A DNA stretch of 64,000 nt, from NCBI RefSeq assembly GCF_964213995.1, contig NC_135810.1:56730001-56794000 (forward strand), in the 5' to 3' direction. This stretch comes from Mustelus asterias. Lineage: Eukaryota. The notes under the pieces were generated by a model. The model saw only the letters and a program-made list of their open reading frames with translations. It was not told where the DNA came from and ran no database searches. The position numbers and the translations under genes were made by a program. Each line of letters starts with the position of its first letter. The first letter of the stretch is position 1. Positions 60,006 to 64,000 of this stretch are shown piece after piece.

Positions 60006-61199
60006 TAATAGCTAAATCCTTTACTTTTGGTGAGTGCAAACTGTTTATATTCATTAAACTATAATGAGCAACTGTAGTACACAAGAAAATTAAAGCAATA
60101 TGACGTGAACATTGCTAACAGATTGAACTAACAGAGGTTAGGTTGATAAGACCTCATTGAATGTATTTTAGAGACGTTTTCAGTTCTTCCTAGTTCAACA
60201 ACAATGAAGAGACCTTGGGTTGGATTTTTATCCGTCTACCCACATTGGAATGGAGGATGGTCAGCAAAAAACATGGTGGGCAGACCACGATTCTGGGATT
60301 CCCACTTCCATTCCCACTGCCAGCAGTGTTTACTGGTGTAATAAAAAGGGTGTGGATAGTGAGCCCACATGCAGCAGTTCCGACATTGCCAGCTCCAATG
60401 GGACAGTGGGCATTTCACACTCCTCATAATTGTGATGTAGTCACTCCAGCTCCCGAAGGCACCATGGCTCAGAGTCTCATGAACTATTCAGGAAGCCTAG
60501 TGTGGAGTTGGGAATCTTTTGACAGGTAAGTTCAAATATTTCTCCATTTTCAGATGTCCTGAAATGCTGTATCATAAGTTAAATAAATTTTAATGCAGTG
60601 GATTGATGATAGGGATTTGCTCCTAAAAGGTAAATGAACTTTCAATTGCCCAGCATTGTGAAAGTGGAAGATCCTTCAAGTGCATGAGAGTACATTATAT
60701 CCATTGGATAAAGTGCCCTTTTGCATTGAACAATGTTAATATGCAGAGTTGATTGCATCACTTGTTCCCTGTGAGTTAAGCTTTCTGTTGATTGACAGCT
60801 CAGGCATCTGTTTCTCTATGTCAATGCTTGAACAGATAGTTGATCTCCTCCAGTACCTTCAAAAGTTTTAATGTAGTCAGCTCTGAAGGGCTATTGACAC
60901 AATTATGCAATGGAATCTTATTATGAATGCTTGGCTGAATTCTAAGTCCTACTAATGGATTCAACTCAACAGGGTTTTGATATGGCTGTCAAGGGGTCTA
61001 TGAGTTTGTTTAACTTGACAGTTTTATGATTATTAAATAGGATTTTTTTTAAAGTGGTTTTTGAAAGTCTGCTTACCGTGACTATTTTATGACCATTTGA
61101 TAGGATTATGTTTTTTTTAAAGTAAATTTTGAATGACTGTTTAGCTTGACAGTATTATTAGCATCTCAAAGACTTCCGAATGTTGTCATAGGGTTCAGG

Positions 61200-62110
61200 A
61201 GTTCTCATTGACTCCAGTTTTACTGGGGCTCCTTGTTGCCATATTTGGTCAAATGTTGCTTTGATGTCAAGGATAGCCACTTTCACCTCACTCTTGAGTT
61301 CAGCCCTTTTGTCCATGTTTGAACCAAGGCTGTACTGAGGTCAGATGCTGAATGATCCTGGCAGAAATAAAATTAAGCATCAGTGAACAGGTTATTGCTG
61401 TTGCTAAAGAAATACCACTTGATAACACTGTTGATGACCCCTTCCACAACTTTACGATGATCAAGAATAGACTGATGGAGCAGTAATTGGCTGGGTTGGA
61501 TTTGTCATACTTTTTGCGTAGAGGACATACCTGGGCAATTTTTCACATTGCCAGGTAGATGCTAGTTTTGTAGCTGTACTAGAACAGCTTGGCTAGAGGC
61601 GTGACAAGTTCTGGAGCACAAGTCTTTTTTTTCCGGAATATTGTCAGGGCCCATATCCTTTGCACTATCCAGTGCCTTCAGCCATTCCTTGGCATCACAT
61701 GGAGTGAATCGAATCGGCTGAAAACCTCCGGAGAAGGCTGAGATGGATCATCCACATGCCACTTCTGGCTAAGGGTGTGGCAAATGCTTCAGCCATATCT
61801 TTTATACTGATGTTCTGGGCTCCCCAATCATTGAGGATGGGTATGTTTGTATCGTCTTTTCCTCCAGTGAGTTGTTTAATAGTCCACCATCATTCACGAC
61901 TGGAAGTGGCAGGATTACAGTGTCTATATCTGATTATTGGTTGTGGAATCACTTAGCTTTGTCTATCACATGCTGCTGATGGTGTTTGGTATGTAAGTAG
62001 CCTCGAGTTAGAACTTCACCAGATTGAGACTTCAGTTTTTAGTATGCCAGCTGCTACTCCTGGCATGTCTGCCTGCACTCTTCATTGAATTGATGTTGAT
62101 CCCCTGACTT
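61200..62110 (-). mobile_element. CR1-group (Zenon/L2-like) LINE fragment
   Basis: Homologous to 48850-49620. Confidence 0.8.
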
Positions 62111-62384
62111 AATCATGATTACAAAATCTTTGATAATGGACTCTAGAATGGAAAGTCGGTACTGGGGAAAGTTCTAGAGTCCATTATCAAAGATTTTGTA
62201 GCAGAGCGCTTGATAAACTTAGTAAAGGTGGTAGAATCAGGCAGAGTCAGTATAGATTTATGAAAGGGACAAGAAGTCACATTTCTTTACAATTTTATAA
62301 CTTTGCTTCGCTATACTAACTGTACTTTTGGGAAAACATTTTTATAATATGTGGTAAACTGAGGTTGGAACTGGAGACAGCTAT

Positions 62385-63005
62385 TATAGTCATAGAGGTT
62401 TACAGCATGAAAACAGGCCCTTCGACCCAACTTGTCCATGCCGCCCTTTTTTTTAAGCCCCTAAGCTAATCCCAATTGCCCGCATTTGGCCCATATCCCT
62501 CTATAACCATTTTACCCATGTAATTGTCTAAATGCTTTTTAAAAGACAAAATTGTACCCGCCTCTATGACTACCTCTGGCAGCTTATTCCAGACACTCAC
62601 CACCCTCTGTGTGAAAAAATTGCCCCTCTGGACACTTTTGTGTCTCTCCTCTCTCACCTTAAACCTATGCCTTCTAGTTTTAGACTCCCTACTTTTAGAA
62701 AAGATATTGACTATCTAGCTGATCTGTGCCCCTCATTATTTTATAGATCTCTGTAAGATCACCCCTCAGCCTTCTGCGCTCCAGAGAGAAAAGTTCCAAT
62801 CTATCCAGCCTCTCTTTATAACTCAAACCATCTGGTAGCATCCTAGTAAATCTTTTCTGCACTCTTTCTAGTTTAATAATATCCTTTCTATAATAGGGTG
62901 ACCAGAACTGTACACAATATCCCTAGTGTGGCCTTACCAATGTCTTGTACAACTTCAACAAGACGTCCCAACTCCTGTATTCAATGTTCTGACCAATGAA
63001 ACCAA
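62385..63005 (-). mobile_element. CR1 LINE 3' fragment
   Basis: RGNFFTQRVVSVWNKLPE...FKKHLD; reverse of LYKTLVRPH...VQFWSP. Confidence 0.85.
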
Positions 63006-63609
63006 GTGCTAACCACTGTGCCACCATGCCTCCCCAGATAAAGTACAGGAGTAAAGGTTAGCCGTTAGCTGTTCTTTGGCTGGTCTCAATGTGGGTATTC
63101 CATGTTGTGGCCATTTTGTTCAGTTATCTTCCTGGGTGTGGTTGTAAGGAGCAGATTTCCATTGTTTTCAAAAGATCTCAGTTTGCAGTAGATTTCTCTT
63201 TTCAGGACGGTTACTTTGCAAATCCGGGCACAATATTTCCAAGAAAGAGAGAGCACGAGCTTATGCAGACTGTCTCAGTACAGCATTTTGATCACTAATC
63301 TCTCTCCTGCTGGTAACAGTCCCTTCAAGTACCCTGCTGACTGCATATTCCAGAGAAACTCTATTAGCCCATGTCCACTGCAGTCATTTTAGAACAAGCA
63401 ATTGAATTTTGATGTCTCTTCTCAGGCACGATTTCAGAATAGCGTAAATCTAACAGGAGAGGGTCTTTCACACTCCAGAGAAAGTTGAGTGTCTTTTATT
63501 TGCATCTCATAATGTTTATATTATAGCTTTCTAAGAGTCTCCATTGTCTATTAGAGAGTTTCTGTTTTTTTTTAACCAGCCAGAAAAGAGTAATTAGAAA
63601 TTGTGAATT

Positions 63610-64000
63610 GTGGGTGGAATTTTCCCATAATTTGGCAGAGTGTGGGAGTGCGGGAGGATGGAGTGAGGTTGGGGCGGGAGAGATGGAAGCAGTGTTTAAC
63701 CCATCTGTGGCAGTTTTCGTGCCATTTTATTAGCCATTCTTGAAAAAATAAATTCCCCTCTATCTGAATGCCCCTGCTATGCATTAGTGAAATCTCCCTT
63801 CTCTTACAGGCACATAACAGGAGCAAGTTGAGGGCCTCCACCAGACAGGTCCAAGCTCAGCACAGATGACTTCTCAGAAGTAGAGATGGAAGAGCAGTCA
63901 TAGCTTTCACCCACATCATCCACCAATGCAGAGTCACACACCTTGGTGGGACTTGGTATTAGAAAGCCTCAGGGTCACAAACTGCTAAGCGTTTCACTCT
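63610..64000 (+). mobile_element. Harbinger-type fragment (left terminus + Myb-gene last-exon-like sequence)
   Basis: GGGTGGAATTTTCCC terminus; 63880-63990 resembles 53070-53170. Confidence 0.45.

Overview
Repeat-rich vertebrate genomic DNA, almost certainly a shark (HE1-type V-SINEs, Deu-domain SINEs, CR1, Rex1/Babar, Penelope, Harbinger, Gypsy). The only clear host coding region is a 3.3-kb single-exon ORF on the minus strand (21894-25229). It carries the diagnostic motifs of NEXMIF/KIAA2022 but is shorter and divergent, so it may be a paralog. It is probably driven from a CpG island at about 36.6-37.65 kb that has a ZNF143 motif. A second CpG island at about 1.85-2.26 kb has two RFX X-boxes and an adjacent minisatellite. 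Most remaining sequence is nested transposon debris. The most notable signals are minimal hammerhead-ribozyme motifs in Penelope-like elements, including two short inverted-end elements with target-site duplications. Also notable are two bipartite Harbinger fossils, three fold-back inverted duplications (about 535, 135 and 29 bp arms), and SINEs that share a head but swap tails. All family assignments come from motif recognition by eye; no database searches were run.
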